A stretch of DNA of 44,605 nucleotides, from the sequence record MK759854; one strand, written 5' to 3'. The position numbers and the translations under genes are program-made. The DNA is from Shigella phage DS8. The notes under the pieces were generated by a model. That model saw only the letters and a program-made list of their open reading frames with translations. It had not been told where the DNA came from and did not search any database. Shown here one piece after another: positions 30,440 to 41,917 of this stretch; position 1 is the stretch's first letter; each line of letters opens with the position of its first letter.

Positions 30440-31852
30440 ATGTCCAAAATTGATGCATTAAACGCCTACATTCGCGACCGCGTGGCGAACAATAACCGGG
30501 CAATTCAGCAGCAACGGCTTTGCGCTGGCGGGAAGAATCTCGACCAGAAGCACGATCGCCTCTGGACGGAATGCGGATACCCACAGGAAATCACTGCCGA
30601 GATGTTCCGTTATGCCTATGAGCGACATCCAGCAGCCGCTGCTGGCATTAACCGAATTATTAATAAATGCTGGCAGAAATACCCTGAGGTGGTCGAAGAT
30701 GGCGAGGATGATAAGAACTCAACGCCGTGGGAGCTGTCCATCAACGACATGATGAAGCGCGCATACCCATTCATCAAGGAAGCCGACAAGCGCAACGCCA
30801 TCAACCGCTACTCTGCTGTCATCCTGCAAATCCGTGATGGCAAGCAATGGAGTGAGCCGGTAGACATCACCAAAACCCGCCGCATTAAAGATAAATCCAT
30901 CGTTCGCTTTATTCCTGTATGGGAGGAGCAGCTCCGCGTCAGCGCATGGAATAACGATGAAACAAGTGAAGACTACGGCATGCCTGAGATGTACGAATAT
31001 CAGGAAAGCGCCGTTGAGGACTTCGACAGCGATGGCAAGCCTGAACGTTCCGTGCAGATTCACCCTGACCGCATCATCATTCTGGCTGAGGGTAGTTTTG
31101 ACGGCAGCATGTTCAGTGGCATTCCGATGCTGCGCGCTGGCTACAACAGCCTTATCGACATGGCTAAGGTTTCAGGCAGTTCTGCGGAAGGTTTCCTGAA
31201 GAATGCAAGCCGCCAACTGGCAGTTAACTACACGAAGGACAACGTAACGCCAGCAAGCCTCGCCCAGTCGATGGGTGTCGATATCGAAGAGCTAACTGAC
31301 ATCATGAATGAGAACATTGAGGCGCTAAACTCAGGCATCGACGCCGCTATGTTCACAATGGGAGCTGATGCAAAAGTTCTCGCTGTGACGCCAGCCGACC
31401 CGAAACCAACATGGGAAGTGGCTGCCAACCAGTTCGCTGCATCTATGGCGCTTCCGTTCACGGTCATTTTTGGGCAGCAGACCGGACGCCTTGCGAGCGA
31501 TGAGGACAAGATGCAGGAGGCAATGACAGCCAAGCAGCGCCGAGAAACATGGGTTGATTATGTCATCTCAATGTTTGTTGAGCGCATGATTCAGTTCGGT
31601 ATTGTCGATAAAGCACCGGCAAATGGTTACAAGGTTAAGTGGGATGACCTGCTGGCACCATCAGAACTGGATAAGGCGGAGTTGCTGGCTAAACTCGCCA
31701 CTGCGAACAAGTCATTTTTTGATGCTGGTCAATCTGCGTTGCTGACTGTCGATGAGGCTCGCGGCATGGTTGGTATGGAGCCGATTAAACTTGACGAAAG
31801 CTATCGCGAAGACACTCCACCGGAAGATAAAAATGAAGATATTCCGGTTTAA
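30440..31852 (+). CDS. portal protein
   Basis: 470-aa ORF between the large terminase block and a Mu F-like head morphogenesis gene; size and position typical of portals. Confidence 0.7.
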   Translation: MSKIDALNAYIRDRVANNNRAIQQQRLCAGGKNLDQKHDRLWTECGYPQEITAEMFRYAYERHPAAAAGINRIINKCWQKYPEVVEDGEDDKNSTPWELSINDMMKRAYPFIKEADKRNAINRYSAVILQIRDGKQWSEPVDITKTRRIKDKSIVRFIPVWEEQLRVSAWNNDETSEDYGMPEMYEYQESAVEDFDSDGKPERSVQIHPDRIIILAEGSFDGSMFSGIPMLRAGYNSLIDMAKVSGSSAEGFLKNASRQLAVNYTKDNVTPASLAQSMGVDIEELTDIMNENIEALNSGIDAAMFTMGADAKVLAVTPADPKPTWEVAANQFAASMALPFTVIFGQQTGRLASDEDKMQEAMTAKQRRETWVDYVISMFVERMIQFGIVDKAPANGYKVKWDDLLAPSELDKAELLAKLATANKSFFDAGQSALLTVDEARGMVGMEPIKLDESYREDTPPEDKNEDIPV

Positions 31853-32786
31853 CGCAAGGCTGCCGCAACCGCGCATATCACAGAGCCTGACCGACCCGTT
31901 AGGCGCTGCAACCCGCCTGTCGAAGATGGACAAGGTGATAACGCGCAAGTACAAACAACTCAGGACTCGTGCGCTTGAGTTGTTTCGCACTATTCCGAGC
32001 AGTCAGGCTAATGCAGAATCAAGCGGTCTGTATTTCTACGATTTCAGCAGTGCACGTGCTGCTACTTTCATGGATGAGTTACAGGCGCTGATTGACGAGA
32101 TTCTGCTTGAGGGTGATGACTTCGGTCACGGTAAAATGTGGGCTAACGTGTTCATTGGTGATGCGTATCAGGCCGGAACGCAGAAGGCAAACTCAGAACT
32201 ATCAAGCCTGTCTCCGGTGTATACTGAACAGCGACCGATTGCTGCGATACTCTACAGTGAGCCATATCTGAATCGCCTGCAACTTGCGTATACACAAGGA
32301 TTTTCAGACTGGCGAGGGTTGAGTGACTACTCCCGCCAGCAACTGGCATCCGTCATTATGGAAGGCATTGCACGTGGTGCTAATCCTCGTGATGTTGAGG
32401 CTGACATTGTTAAGCGCGTTGATGTTTCTCACAGTTACGCGAAACAGATAGCGCAGACAGAAATCACCGGAACGCTGCGGCAGGCTAACAGGCGAGAGGT
32501 CATTGAGGCGCGAGAGGAGTTGGGTATTGAGACGGTAATGCTGTGGCAGTCGGCATTGTTACCTGGCCGAACGAGATTTACTCACGCGGCGAGACATGGA
32601 CGGTTTTACGCGCCAGAAGAGATTGACACGTTTTATAGCGAGAATGGCAATAAATATAATTGTCACTGCGCCCAGGTGCCAACGCTGCTAATGGATGGTA
32701 AGCCTGTGATTCTTGAGTCATCACAGGAAAGGCTCGATAAGCAGCGTGAAGCATGGCAATCGGCAAACAAAAAGCCCTCTAAGTGA
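31833..32786 (+). CDS. head morphogenesis protein (Mu F / SPP1 gp7-like)
   Basis: ATG 31833 with GGAAG RBS (longer ORF from 31752); central region resembles the Mu F family; follows the portal gene. Confidence 0.65.
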   Translation: MKIFRFNARLPQPRISQSLTDPLGAATRLSKMDKVITRKYKQLRTRALELFRTIPSSQANAESSGLYFYDFSSARAATFMDELQALIDEILLEGDDFGHGKMWANVFIGDAYQAGTQKANSELSSLSPVYTEQRPIAAILYSEPYLNRLQLAYTQGFSDWRGLSDYSRQQLASVIMEGIARGANPRDVEADIVKRVDVSHSYAKQIAQTEITGTLRQANRREVIEAREELGIETVMLWQSALLPGRTRFTHAARHGRFYAPEEIDTFYSENGNKYNCHCAQVPTLLMDGKPVILESSQERLDKQREAWQSANKKPSK

Positions 32787-32800
32787 GGGCTTTGTTTATC
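32771..32800 (+). terminator. rho-independent terminator overlapping the stop codon
   Basis: Hairpin AAAGCCCTC-TAAGT-GAGGGCTTT followed by GTTTATC. Confidence 0.5.
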
Positions 32801-33140
32801 TGATCAGCATGCACAGAACAAATATTATTATCGCATAGCACAATATCTCTACGACGCTGAATATGGTTTTAATCATCCAGTTTCACACCGGGAATTTTGC
32901 CTGCTGCGATGGCGTCGTAAATGATTTCGTATTCGCTAAATAATTGGTACACTTCGCGCTGCGTCATTATCAACCTCACTTAATATATTCAACAATCTCG
33001 CATTCACGCATCTGCACCAGACCAAATGGCGCAACCACCTTACCGCACGGACGTATTTTGATTTGCTCAAGATTGAACACTCCGCAGCGTCCATTTTCTT
33101 TGAATTTGACCATTACCATGACTTTTATTCCTCACTATCT

Positions 33141-33199
33141 GGTTGATGTAGATACTATGTACCACCGCTCAATCTACGTCAATACCGTTGTGATAAAAT
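33141..33199 (+). promoter_or_regulatory. lysis-cassette promoter: inverted motif pair and extended -10 TGATAAAAT
   Basis: GGTTGATGTAGATA (33141-33154) and CAATCTACGTCAAT (33170-33183) form an inverted pair; TGATAAAAT at 33191-33199; motif-to--10 spacing matches the site at 44426-44455. Confidence 0.45.
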
Positions 33200-33225
33200 C
33201 AATCATTATTTGAACAGGAGGCAGA

Positions 33226-33504
33226 ATGAAACTATCGCAACGCGGCGTGGAGACGCTTGGAATCACCGATGCCGTGGATATATCGCCTTACATCACCACC
33301 GAGACAACGCAGAATCAGTTTGATGCACTAACAAGCCTTGCCGCCGACATCGGCATTGACACGTTCCGCAAGTCAACACTCCTGAAGAAACACAACCTCC
33401 GCTGCTTCTCATGTGCTGTTGCGTATTTCATCGTGTGGGGCGAAAAGACTGGCGACAAAGCAAAACGCAAGGCTGAAAAAGAGGTTTACTGGTATGGCTA
33501 TTAG
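33226..33504 (+). CDS. truncated GH24 (T4/P22-type) lysozyme homolog lacking the catalytic segment
   Basis: 92 aa; C-terminal TQNQFDALTSLAADIG...AVAYFIVWGEKTGD aligns with P22 gp19 (NQNQYDALCSLIFNIG...ADAFLLWKKAGKD, from memory), but about 50 residues carrying the catalytic Glu/Asp/Thr are absent. Confidence 0.5.
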   Translation: MKLSQRGVETLGITDAVDISPYITTETTQNQFDALTSLAADIGIDTFRKSTLLKKHNLRCFSCAVAYFIVWGEKTGDKAKRKAEKEVYWYGY

Positions 33505-33958
33505 CAAAAACATGAAGGCGTTTCTGGATATGCTGGCGTACAGCGAGGGCACGGATAACGGGCGGCAGAAAACCAATAATCATGGCTATGATGTGATTGT
33601 TGGTGGCTCACTGTTTACCGACTATTCCGACCACCCGCGCAAACTGATTAGCCTGCCTAAGCTGGGCATCAAATCCACCGCCGCCGGGCGATATCAGGTG
33701 CTGGCTAAGTTTTATGATGCGTACAAAAAGCAGTTGCGTTTGCCGGACTTCTCCCCAACATCGCAGGACGCTATTGCAATGCAGCTAATCCGTGAATGCA
33801 AGGCCACCGCCGATATTGAAGCTGGTCGCATTGCTGATGCTATTCATAAATGCCGCTCCCGCTGGGCTTCATTGCCGGGTGCTGGTTATGGTCAGCACGA
33901 ACAGAAACTGGATAAGCTGATTCAGGTATATAAAGAGGCTGGCGGAGCTGTGGCATGA
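33494..33958 (+). CDS. endolysin, lambda R-type lytic transglycosylase
   Basis: 154 aa; near-colinear match to lambda R (KAFLDMLAYSEGTDNGRQKTNNHGYDVIVGG...FTDYSDHPRKL...AGRYQ...WASLPGAGYGQHEQK); GAGG RBS. Confidence 0.85.
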   Translation: MAISKNMKAFLDMLAYSEGTDNGRQKTNNHGYDVIVGGSLFTDYSDHPRKLISLPKLGIKSTAAGRYQVLAKFYDAYKKQLRLPDFSPTSQDAIAMQLIRECKATADIEAGRIADAIHKCRSRWASLPGAGYGQHEQKLDKLIQVYKEAGGAVA

Positions 33959-34194
33959 AAAAGCTAAGCAACTGGCTGCTCGGCGCGTGGATTTCATTCT
34001 GCTCGCTGTTGCAGCTATGGCCTGATGCAATGATGCATGTGTGGGTAATGATGCCGGACGACCTGAAAGCAGCGCTGCCGCCAATCGTGGTTAAAGGTGT
34101 GAGCTACTCAATCATGCTGATTGGTATTCTTGGCAAAATGCACGGCATGAGGAAGGAAAACCGGAGACTGCGCAATGATGTCGATTCTCGCTAA
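33955..34194 (+). CDS. small membrane protein, holin candidate
   Basis: 79 aa; two hydrophobic segments and a basic C-terminus; ATGA-coupled to endolysin stop and overlaps Rz start. Confidence 0.4.
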   Translation: MKKLSNWLLGAWISFCSLLQLWPDAMMHVWVMMPDDLKAALPPIVVKGVSYSIMLIGILGKMHGMRKENRRLRNDVDSR

Positions 34195-34669
34195 ATACTG
34201 GCGACCACTGGCAATTATTATAATTGTTGTTATCTGTGCGCTATGGGTTGGCAATGAAGTATCCAGCTACGGCGACCAGCGATACGCAGAAGGCAAGGCT
34301 CAAGCAATCGCAGACCAGAAGGCCGCAGACGAACAAGAGGAGCAACGACGTAATGCAGAACTGCAAAAGATTCAGGCCGACGCACAGCAAAGGATTGACG
34401 CTGCGCGCAATGATGCTGTTAACGCTACTGCTAAGTCTGGCAGGTTGCAGCAACAGCTCGCAAATATCCGCAAGCAGCTCGTCGGATATTCCACCGCTGA
34501 GTCCATTGGCAATCCAGCCGCAGAAACCGGAGTTTTGCTCTCCCAACTGCTCTCAGAATCTGTCGAAAGAAATCGACAGCTGGCAGATTATGCTGACAGG
34601 GCAAGAGAGGCAGGATTAGCGTGCGAGGCGCAGTATAATTCGTTACGCAATAAAAAACCCCTCAACTGA
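34175..34669 (+). CDS. i-spanin (Rz-like)
   Basis: 164 aa; N-terminal TM (LAIIIIVVICALWV) followed by Ala/Gln/Arg-rich coiled-coil; position after endolysin. Confidence 0.7.
   Translation: MMSILAKYWRPLAIIIIVVICALWVGNEVSSYGDQRYAEGKAQAIADQKAADEQEEQRRNAELQKIQADAQQRIDAARNDAVNATAKSGRLQQQLANIRKQLVGYSTAESIGNPAAETGVLLSQLLSESVERNRQLADYADRAREAGLACEAQYNSLRNKKPLN
34410..34619 (+). CDS. o-spanin (Rz1-like lipoprotein) embedded in the +1 frame of Rz
   Basis: 69 aa; signal/lipobox MMLLTLLLSLAGC; Pro-rich mature part (DIPPLSPLAIQPQKPEF). Confidence 0.65.
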   Translation: MMLLTLLLSLAGCSNSSQISASSSSDIPPLSPLAIQPQKPEFCSPNCSQNLSKEIDSWQIMLTGQERQD

Positions 34670-34680
34670 GGGGTTTTGCT
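34652..34680 (+). terminator. rho-independent terminator after the lysis cassette
   Basis: Hairpin CCCCTC-AACT-GAGGGG flanked by an A-run and TTTT. Confidence 0.65.
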
Positions 34681-34803
34681 TGCCAGTCAGCGACTGCGAA
34701 TCGCTGATTGCTGTCCGAAAACATGTACCGAAGCTAACGTTGTCGTTACTTATAGCAAAGTAATAGTAGCAGCAACCTTCCATTGCGTCAACTCCACGAG
34801 CAA

Positions 34804-34835
34804 TAAAAAAAGCCCCATAATGGGGCTTGTGTTTA
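34804..34835. terminator. bidirectional terminator (ends the leftward 35.9-34.9 kb operon)
   Basis: Hairpin AGCCCCA-TAA-TGGGGCT with AAAAAAA upstream (a T-run on the minus strand). Confidence 0.55.
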
Positions 34836-34959
34836 ACTGGTGTGCCCAGAATCTTCTCTCTGCTTCCACATCTGCTTCAGCTGAAAATAAACATACGCCT
34901 CATCACCATCTTTCGCATTGCGCTCCATTTTCTCACACCATGCCGATGGTTTTGATGGC

Positions 34960-35268
34960 TCACTCTGCTGGCAGTGTTGTTGGTTCATCAACAGATTCCT
35001 CGGTCGCTGCTTCAACGATGCGCACCAGTGAGCACTCAAGATTCGGTGCGTTGTAATTACCAGCCAGAAACAGAACACTGCCTGTGCTGATTAATACCTG
35101 TTTTGCGCTTGCCTGTGACAGATTCTGCGCGATGAATTGCGCCGTTTCCGTGCCGATTTTCAGCACTGCGCTGCCGTCACTGTTCAGTGATACCAGTTGT
35201 GCGGATGTGTCAGCAATGTTGGTATAGTTCGCGTTTCGTTGCGCGATGGTAATATCGCAGAATGCCAT
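34960..35268 (-). CDS. hypothetical protein
   Basis: 102-aa ORF with plausible composition. Confidence 0.4.
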   Translation of the reverse strand: MAFCDITIAQRNANYTNIADTSAQLVSLNSDGSAVLKIGTETAQFIAQNLSQASAKQVLISTGSVLFLAGNYNAPNLECSLVRIVEAATEESVDEPTTLPAE

Positions 35269-35699
35269 TATTTATTCTCCAGTTCTTTTGCGCGAATTGC
35301 GCTATCAATGATGTCTTGCAAATCCTGTTCGCGTGATTTGTGTCCGCGATCGCCAGCCTGCAACGCCTTCTTGATCAAGTGCTGCAACGCTGGGTTGGTG
35401 ACATTCCACGCCATGAGCACATCGTACACGTCAACAAAAATACCAGGTTTAATCTCGTGCAGGTATTTGTTATCAGCTTCCGGCGCGCCAATGCAATCGT
35501 TGAGGTCTTTCTCGTCGGTAATTGGCTCGCGGTATGCAATAACAATATCCCCGCAACCCTCAATCACTTCAATGCGACCAGCATAATATTTGCTTAGATA
35601 GAAAATCTCACCAGTCCTTCCTGACTTAACTACAAGATAAGCCGCGTCATGGCCAGCAAAATCATCCTCACAACCCTTCCGATATTCCCACTTTTTCAT
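35268..35699 (-). CDS. conserved phage protein, hypothetical
   Basis: ATG 35699 is ATGA-coupled to the upstream gene; C-terminal FVDVYDVLMAWNVTNPALQHLIKKALQAGDRG looks like a conserved phage family whose name I cannot assign with confidence. Confidence 0.45.
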   Translation of the reverse strand: MKKWEYRKGCEDDFAGHDAAYLVVKSGRTGEIFYLSKYYAGRIEVIEGCGDIVIAYREPITDEKDLNDCIGAPEADNKYLHEIKPGIFVDVYDVLMAWNVTNPALQHLIKKALQAGDRGHKSREQDLQDIIDSAIRAKELENK

Positions 35700-35920
35700 T
35701 TCTCTCTCCACTTAATCATCTCGCGTCGCGGCATAGTGACGCGGTTGTATTCATCAACATTAAAATTGGCCCGAATCAAATCGTACATGTCATTTTTAGG
35801 CATATCAGCCAGCGCCACATAGCAACGGGCAAAGTAGCGAACATCACGGAGTGTCAGCGGCTGCCGCTTCTCCACAATGCTGGTGATAATGTCCATCGGC
35901 TCGCGTCGTGGTCTTGGCAT
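35696..35920 (-). CDS. hypothetical protein
   Basis: 74-aa ORF with AAGGAG RBS 8 nt upstream; first gene of the leftward operon. Confidence 0.45.
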   Translation of the reverse strand: MPRPRREPMDIITSIVEKRQPLTLRDVRYFARCYVALADMPKNDMYDLIRANFNVDEYNRVTMPRREMIKWREK

Positions 35921-35946
35921 ATTTACTACTCCTTTTCGAAATTTAT

Positions 35947-36000
35947 TATTGACGAATCTACGTCACTTAGTCAATACTGTTGGTGTAGAATGATTCTACC
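35947..36000. promoter_or_regulatory. divergent control region: TTGACGAATCTACGTCAC and palindrome GTAGAA-TGA-TTCTAC
   Basis: Motif copies read directly; sits between the leftward (35920) and rightward (36024) operons. Confidence 0.4.
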
Positions 36001-36023
36001 ACAACGGAAAAGGTGATGTGGAA

Positions 36024-36221
36024 ATGCGATACAAAGAAATAGCAGCGAGATATCAGAAAGAAGTTCGCGAGGTTATGGAAATCCTTAACGTTCGCGAAGA
36101 TACCATTAAGTTTGTGGAAACTGCCATGTGTTCACTGGCGCTTGAGGCGGAGGTTGCAGGCCGTGAAAAGGCTGACGAACTTATATCTGCGGTGGTTTAT
36201 AGTTCAACCAGTAACGGTTGA
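36024..36221 (+). CDS. hypothetical protein
   Basis: ATG 36024 with AAGGTGA RBS. Confidence 0.4.
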   Translation: MRYKEIAARYQKEVREVMEILNVREDTIKFVETAMCSLALEAEVAGREKADELISAVVYSSTSNG

Positions 36222-36472
36222 AGATGAAGGTTATCTGTGCGTTGAGCACGTTGTTATTAAATTCTACGGGAGAAATTATAGATGGCGCATGACGAGTTGT
36301 ACGAAGAATCGTTAATCCAGCGACTGAATGAAGTTGAGCGAACTCGAGAATGGCTGGAGTGCGAATTGCGATAGGTGCGCAACCGTCTGCAACGTAAGCG
36401 CAGTCAACAGAAGGATGTTATCGACTGGTCTGGTGATACGCCTAAATTTAACAACATTGGAGAATGGTTGAA

Positions 36473-36694
36473 ATGAGAAAGTTCAGCACGTTAGTTGACT
36501 TGATTTTCGCTGACATCAGCGAGTCCAACGCCAGAAACAAGAAGTCAAAAAATCAGCGGCAGGATATTACGTTTCGCACACTGCTTAAAAAATCAATGCG
36601 CAGCAAAAAGGAATGGAGATACAGGCGCGACCGAGTGCTGATAAGACTGTGCAAGTTAAACATGAATAAGATACTTAAGGATATGACAAAATGA
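36473..36694 (+). CDS. small basic protein, hypothetical
   Basis: ATG 36473 with GGAG RBS; Lys/Arg-rich. Confidence 0.4.
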   Translation: MRKFSTLVDLIFADISESNARNKKSKNQRQDITFRTLLKKSMRSKKEWRYRRDRVLIRLCKLNMNKILKDMTK

Positions 36695-36936
36695 GCGCAC
36701 CACATATGCCGATGATGAATGACGATGGGTTGCTGGAGTGTGATAATTGCGGCAGCCACGAAGTTAAATTATATAACGATGATGGTATGTATTTCGCCAT
36801 GTGTGAGTGCGGATGCTCAAGTGATGTCCACGTAACGAAGTTGGCTGCGGCCACCCAATGGAACACAAGAGGTGGACACCTCTACGCCGCTGATGACTTC
36901 AATCAGGCGGCAGAGGAGCGTGATTATGGACTATAA
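36691..36936 (+). CDS. zinc-ribbon protein resembling Lar-family restriction alleviation proteins
   Basis: 81 aa; CDNCG ... CECGC cysteine pairs followed by AAATQWNTRG, reminiscent of the Lar-family C-terminal A..WN.R signature (from memory). Confidence 0.4.
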   Translation: MSAPHMPMMNDDGLLECDNCGSHEVKLYNDDGMYFAMCECGCSSDVHVTKLAAATQWNTRGGHLYAADDFNQAAEERDYGL

Positions 36937-37414
36937 ATCACAAATCATGCGCGTGATTGTCAATCACCCTGGCGCAACGCGAGCATACATTGAAAAGCAT
37001 TGCGGCGGAAAGCATTCAAGCACCACAACACATCGCCTACATGAGATGCTGGCACTTGGATTCATTCGGCGCGAGAAGTCAGTGATTCGTGGCGGCAAAT
37101 GGCAGTATAAATATTTCATCTCTGATGATGCAGCCGGTATTGATGATGCGATTAAGTGCCATTTGCTTGATAACTCTGGTGCAGAAGTGAAAGAAATCAG
37201 CGCCGCCACTGGCATTGATTATCGCATCGTGAAAAGCCGCATTCGCATCATGTTTCATAACGGAGATGTAACGCGAAGCTATGACCATCATAAGAAGCTG
37301 TGGCGTTACTCATGGCAGGAGCATGAGGTTAACGTCGGCAATCTGTTTAATTCACTTCTTCGCAATGCAAGGGGTCGTCATGGGAAAAGCCAAGCGCAAG
37401 AAGCAAGAGTATGA
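36926..37414 (+). CDS. putative DNA-binding protein (winged-helix-like repeats)
   Basis: ATG 36926 with GAGGAG RBS; two segments with HTH-like character. Confidence 0.4.
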   Translation: MDYKSQIMRVIVNHPGATRAYIEKHCGGKHSSTTTHRLHEMLALGFIRREKSVIRGGKWQYKYFISDDAAGIDDAIKCHLLDNSGAEVKEISAATGIDYRIVKSRIRIMFHNGDVTRSYDHHKKLWRYSWQEHEVNVGNLFNSLLRNARGRHGKSQAQEARV

Positions 37415-37556
37415 GCCGCTGCCGCCATGCGAAATGTCAGGAATGCCGCAGCATGAGGATGTAATCCTCACCGAGGCGGAGTGGCGAAAAGTGGCAAGGG
37501 TGCAAATCATGTTCCGCAAACTTGCTGAGGATGTACTAAATGAGATGGGCTATTAA
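37380..37556 (+). CDS. hypothetical protein
   Basis: ATG 37380 with AAGGGG RBS. Confidence 0.35.
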   Translation: MGKAKRKKQEYEPLPPCEMSGMPQHEDVILTEAEWRKVARVQIMFRKLAEDVLNEMGY

Positions 37557-37773
37557 GCATAAATCAGGAAGAACTCTGTTTGTGACATCAGATGAGTTTA
37601 TTGCCAATAACCGTAAAAAGATGGGGTGGACAGTGGAGGAAATTGAATGTGACCACGAGTGGGTTAGTAGCGGTGGATGGCCTTACATTCATTATACTTG
37701 CATGTGGTGTGACGAGTATGGATGGTCTGTAAATCTAGAAGGCGATGATGAGGACTTAGAGAATGACGAGTAG
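37540..37773 (+). CDS. hypothetical protein (Cys/His-containing, acidic C-terminus)
   Basis: 77-aa ORF. Confidence 0.4.
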   Translation: MRWAIKHKSGRTLFVTSDEFIANNRKKMGWTVEEIECDHEWVSSGGWPYIHYTCMWCDEYGWSVNLEGDDEDLENDE

Positions 37774-38035
37774 AGAGAAGTTTGAAGAATGGGTTAAGGA
37801 AGAAACAGGATTTGATTTGTGGCGCACGGAATATCCAATGACTGAATGGGATAACCAGCAGTACAAATGTCATCAAACAAACCTTGCATGGATGGCATGG
37901 CAGGCATCGCGCGCAGCAATTGAGATTGAATTGCCAGGTTCATTCCGTGAGTCTTATCTAAGTTCAAATATGGTCACTGATGAGCAGGAAACAATTGAAC
38001 TCATCGAATCGCAAGGCTTAAAGGTGAAAAAATGA
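37763..38035 (+). CDS. hypothetical protein
   Basis: 90-aa ORF. Confidence 0.4.
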   Translation: MTSREKFEEWVKEETGFDLWRTEYPMTEWDNQQYKCHQTNLAWMAWQASRAAIEIELPGSFRESYLSSNMVTDEQETIELIESQGLKVKK

Positions 38036-38358
38036 TTATCCCATTAAACGACATCATGAAAGCAGGCATCATTCAACTTGAAGATTATGACATGCAGCTG
38101 GCGTTTGAAATCGAAACTGTCGAGCGTCAACTGCAATATGCAGATAAGAAGAATGATCGTATCTGGCATGAGAAAGCACTTAAGGCACGCGACCACATGA
38201 AGCGAACGCGCGCACTCATTAAAACTCGACTTGATAAGCTGTATTTTGGTGAAGAACGCATGTTACATGGCGCTGTACTGGCGCAAATCCGCAAGGAAAT
38301 GCCGATTGGCAAGTTCATGTCATACGTTCACCGGGCGAAACAGGAGGCAGGGTTATGA
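38032..38358 (+). CDS. hypothetical protein
   Basis: 108-aa ORF; ATGA-coupled. Confidence 0.4.
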   Translation: MIIPLNDIMKAGIIQLEDYDMQLAFEIETVERQLQYADKKNDRIWHEKALKARDHMKRTRALIKTRLDKLYFGEERMLHGAVLAQIRKEMPIGKFMSYVHRAKQEAGL

Positions 38359-38556
38359 TTCCATTGCTGTGGATATTATCAGCCTACGCATTCGCAAGGG
38401 TATTTGAGGCTGACACTCTGTACCAGATGATTTGCTATGGTGCTCTGTTCTGCCTGTCAGGTGCTGCACTTGCATTTATGGATGATGTGATTTCAGACTA
38501 ACACCGTATATCTTTTGTTCATCATGGGCTGCTATCATTTAATCAGGAGGTAGCCC

Positions 38557-38676
38557 ATGAACATAATCCCTATCACTTACTTTCTCACGCTATACGCACT
38601 CACCAATTCGCCATTGTTTGCACTGGCTACCGCCTCATGGTGCTATATCTCCCTGTGTTATAATTCGACCACAAAC
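38557..38676 (+). CDS. small hydrophobic peptide (39 aa), hypothetical
   Basis: Hand-found ORF with strong AGGAGG RBS. Confidence 0.25.
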
Positions 38677-38695
38677 TAACCGTGGAGAGTTAACC

Positions 38696-40575
<1,880 letters not shown>

Positions 40576-40577
40576 TA

Positions 40578-41648
40578 ATGGAAAAGATTATTTTTACCAA
40601 AGACTTGGTAGCCAACTCCGCAGTAGTGGCTGACCAGTGGAAACATCTCACCATCGACCGTAAAGTGTTCTGCAATGCAGAAGCTGAACTGGCGAAAACC
40701 TATGGCGTTAACGCTACCGCACTGGTAACGAAAGATTACTGGCGCGACGTGGACAACGTCACCACCCGTGTTTTCCGCAATGAGGCTGGTCAGGACATGA
40801 TGGCTGACCTGATGGGTATCGCGGCAAACATCAATATCGGTAAAACTGTGGCAATCAGCCGCATTGCTTCTGATGCTGGTAAGGTTGTGCGCACCCTGTC
40901 TGGTCAGGAACCGGAAGATTTGGATAAAACTCGCTACGATTACACTGGCGATGTGATTCCAATCTTCAAAACTGGCTACAGCCGCGAATGGCGCGAGCTG
41001 CTGGGTATGCAGTCTGAAGGTTTTGACCCACTGCTGGACGATCAGGCTAACGTCACCTTTAACCTGCGTTCCGACATGGCGCAGTATCTGCTGACTGGCG
41101 ACCAGACTCTGAACGTGAACGGCGTTTACACTGGCTACGGTATCACCAACCACCCGAACACTGTTCAGGTTAACCTGAACGTTTCCGGTGGCCTGAATAT
41201 CGACCTGCAAACCGCAACGCCAGATGAAATCGTGAAATTCTTCAATCAGGATTTCCAGGCTATTCTGGATGCGCAGAACGTATTTGAGCAGGTGACTCTG
41301 TGGGTTTCCCCGGCAGTGCGTCGCAGCTTCATGCGTCCGTATTCTGATGCGGCAGGCTTCAAAGGTGGCACGGTTGAGCAGTACATCACGCAGTTCGGCA
41401 ATGGTCGTATTGGTAAGATTGGCACCAACTTCCTTCTGACTGGCAACCATTTCGTTGGCTATGTTCGCAACGACATGTACATCCGTCCGCGTGTTGCTCA
41501 ACCTGTTTCCACCTATGCGGCTGCCCGCGACAACCCGCACGATAACTTTAACTTTATGGTGTGGTCAGCTTTCGGTTTGCAAATTCGTAAGGATTTCACC
41601 GGTAAGTCCAAAGTGTTTAACGGCTACGGCACGCAAACTCCGCTGTAA
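40578..41648 (+). CDS. major capsid protein
   Basis: 356 aa; GGAG RBS; size and position (after scaffold and decoration-like genes, followed by terminator) fit a lambda E-like capsid protein. Confidence 0.7.
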   Translation: MEKIIFTKDLVANSAVVADQWKHLTIDRKVFCNAEAELAKTYGVNATALVTKDYWRDVDNVTTRVFRNEAGQDMMADLMGIAANINIGKTVAISRIASDAGKVVRTLSGQEPEDLDKTRYDYTGDVIPIFKTGYSREWRELLGMQSEGFDPLLDDQANVTFNLRSDMAQYLLTGDQTLNVNGVYTGYGITNHPNTVQVNLNVSGGLNIDLQTATPDEIVKFFNQDFQAILDAQNVFEQVTLWVSPAVRRSFMRPYSDAAGFKGGTVEQYITQFGNGRIGKIGTNFLLTGNHFVGYVRNDMYIRPRVAQPVSTYAAARDNPHDNFNFMVWSAFGLQIRKDFTGKSKVFNGYGTQTPL

Positions 41649-41651
41649 TAA

Positions 41652-41675
41652 AAGGGGGCTTCGGCCCCTTTGTGA
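41652..41675 (+). terminator. putative terminator after the capsid gene
   Basis: Hairpin GGGGGC-TTCG-GCCCC followed by a short T-run. Confidence 0.45.
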
Positions 41676-41689
41676 ATTTGAGGTGAATA

Positions 41690-41887
41690 ATGGCTAAGTA
41701 CGAAGTGATCGCACGAGGAATCTTTGTTAAAGAGAAAGGCAAGATTCGTGAGTTGCAGCTTGGCGAGGTGATTACCGAACCAGACGAGCATCTGCTGCCA
41801 AAACTGCGCATCATGCCAGAACTGGAAAAGTCTTTCGAAGTCGCAACCCCGCAAGAAAAGACGACAAAGAAAAAGAAAGCAGAGTAA
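41690..41887 (+). CDS. hypothetical protein (Lys-rich C-terminus)
   Basis: 65-aa ORF with GAGGTGA RBS. Confidence 0.4.
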   Translation: MAKYEVIARGIFVKEKGKIRELQLGEVITEPDEHLLPKLRIMPELEKSFEVATPQEKTTKKKKAE

Positions 41888-41915
41888 ACAAAACCCGCAT
41901 TATGCGGGTTTTTAT
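41886..41915. terminator. bidirectional rho-independent terminator between convergent operons
   Basis: Hairpin AAACCCGCA-TTA-TGCGGGTTT with a T-run. Confidence 0.65.
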
Positions 41916-41917
41916 TG

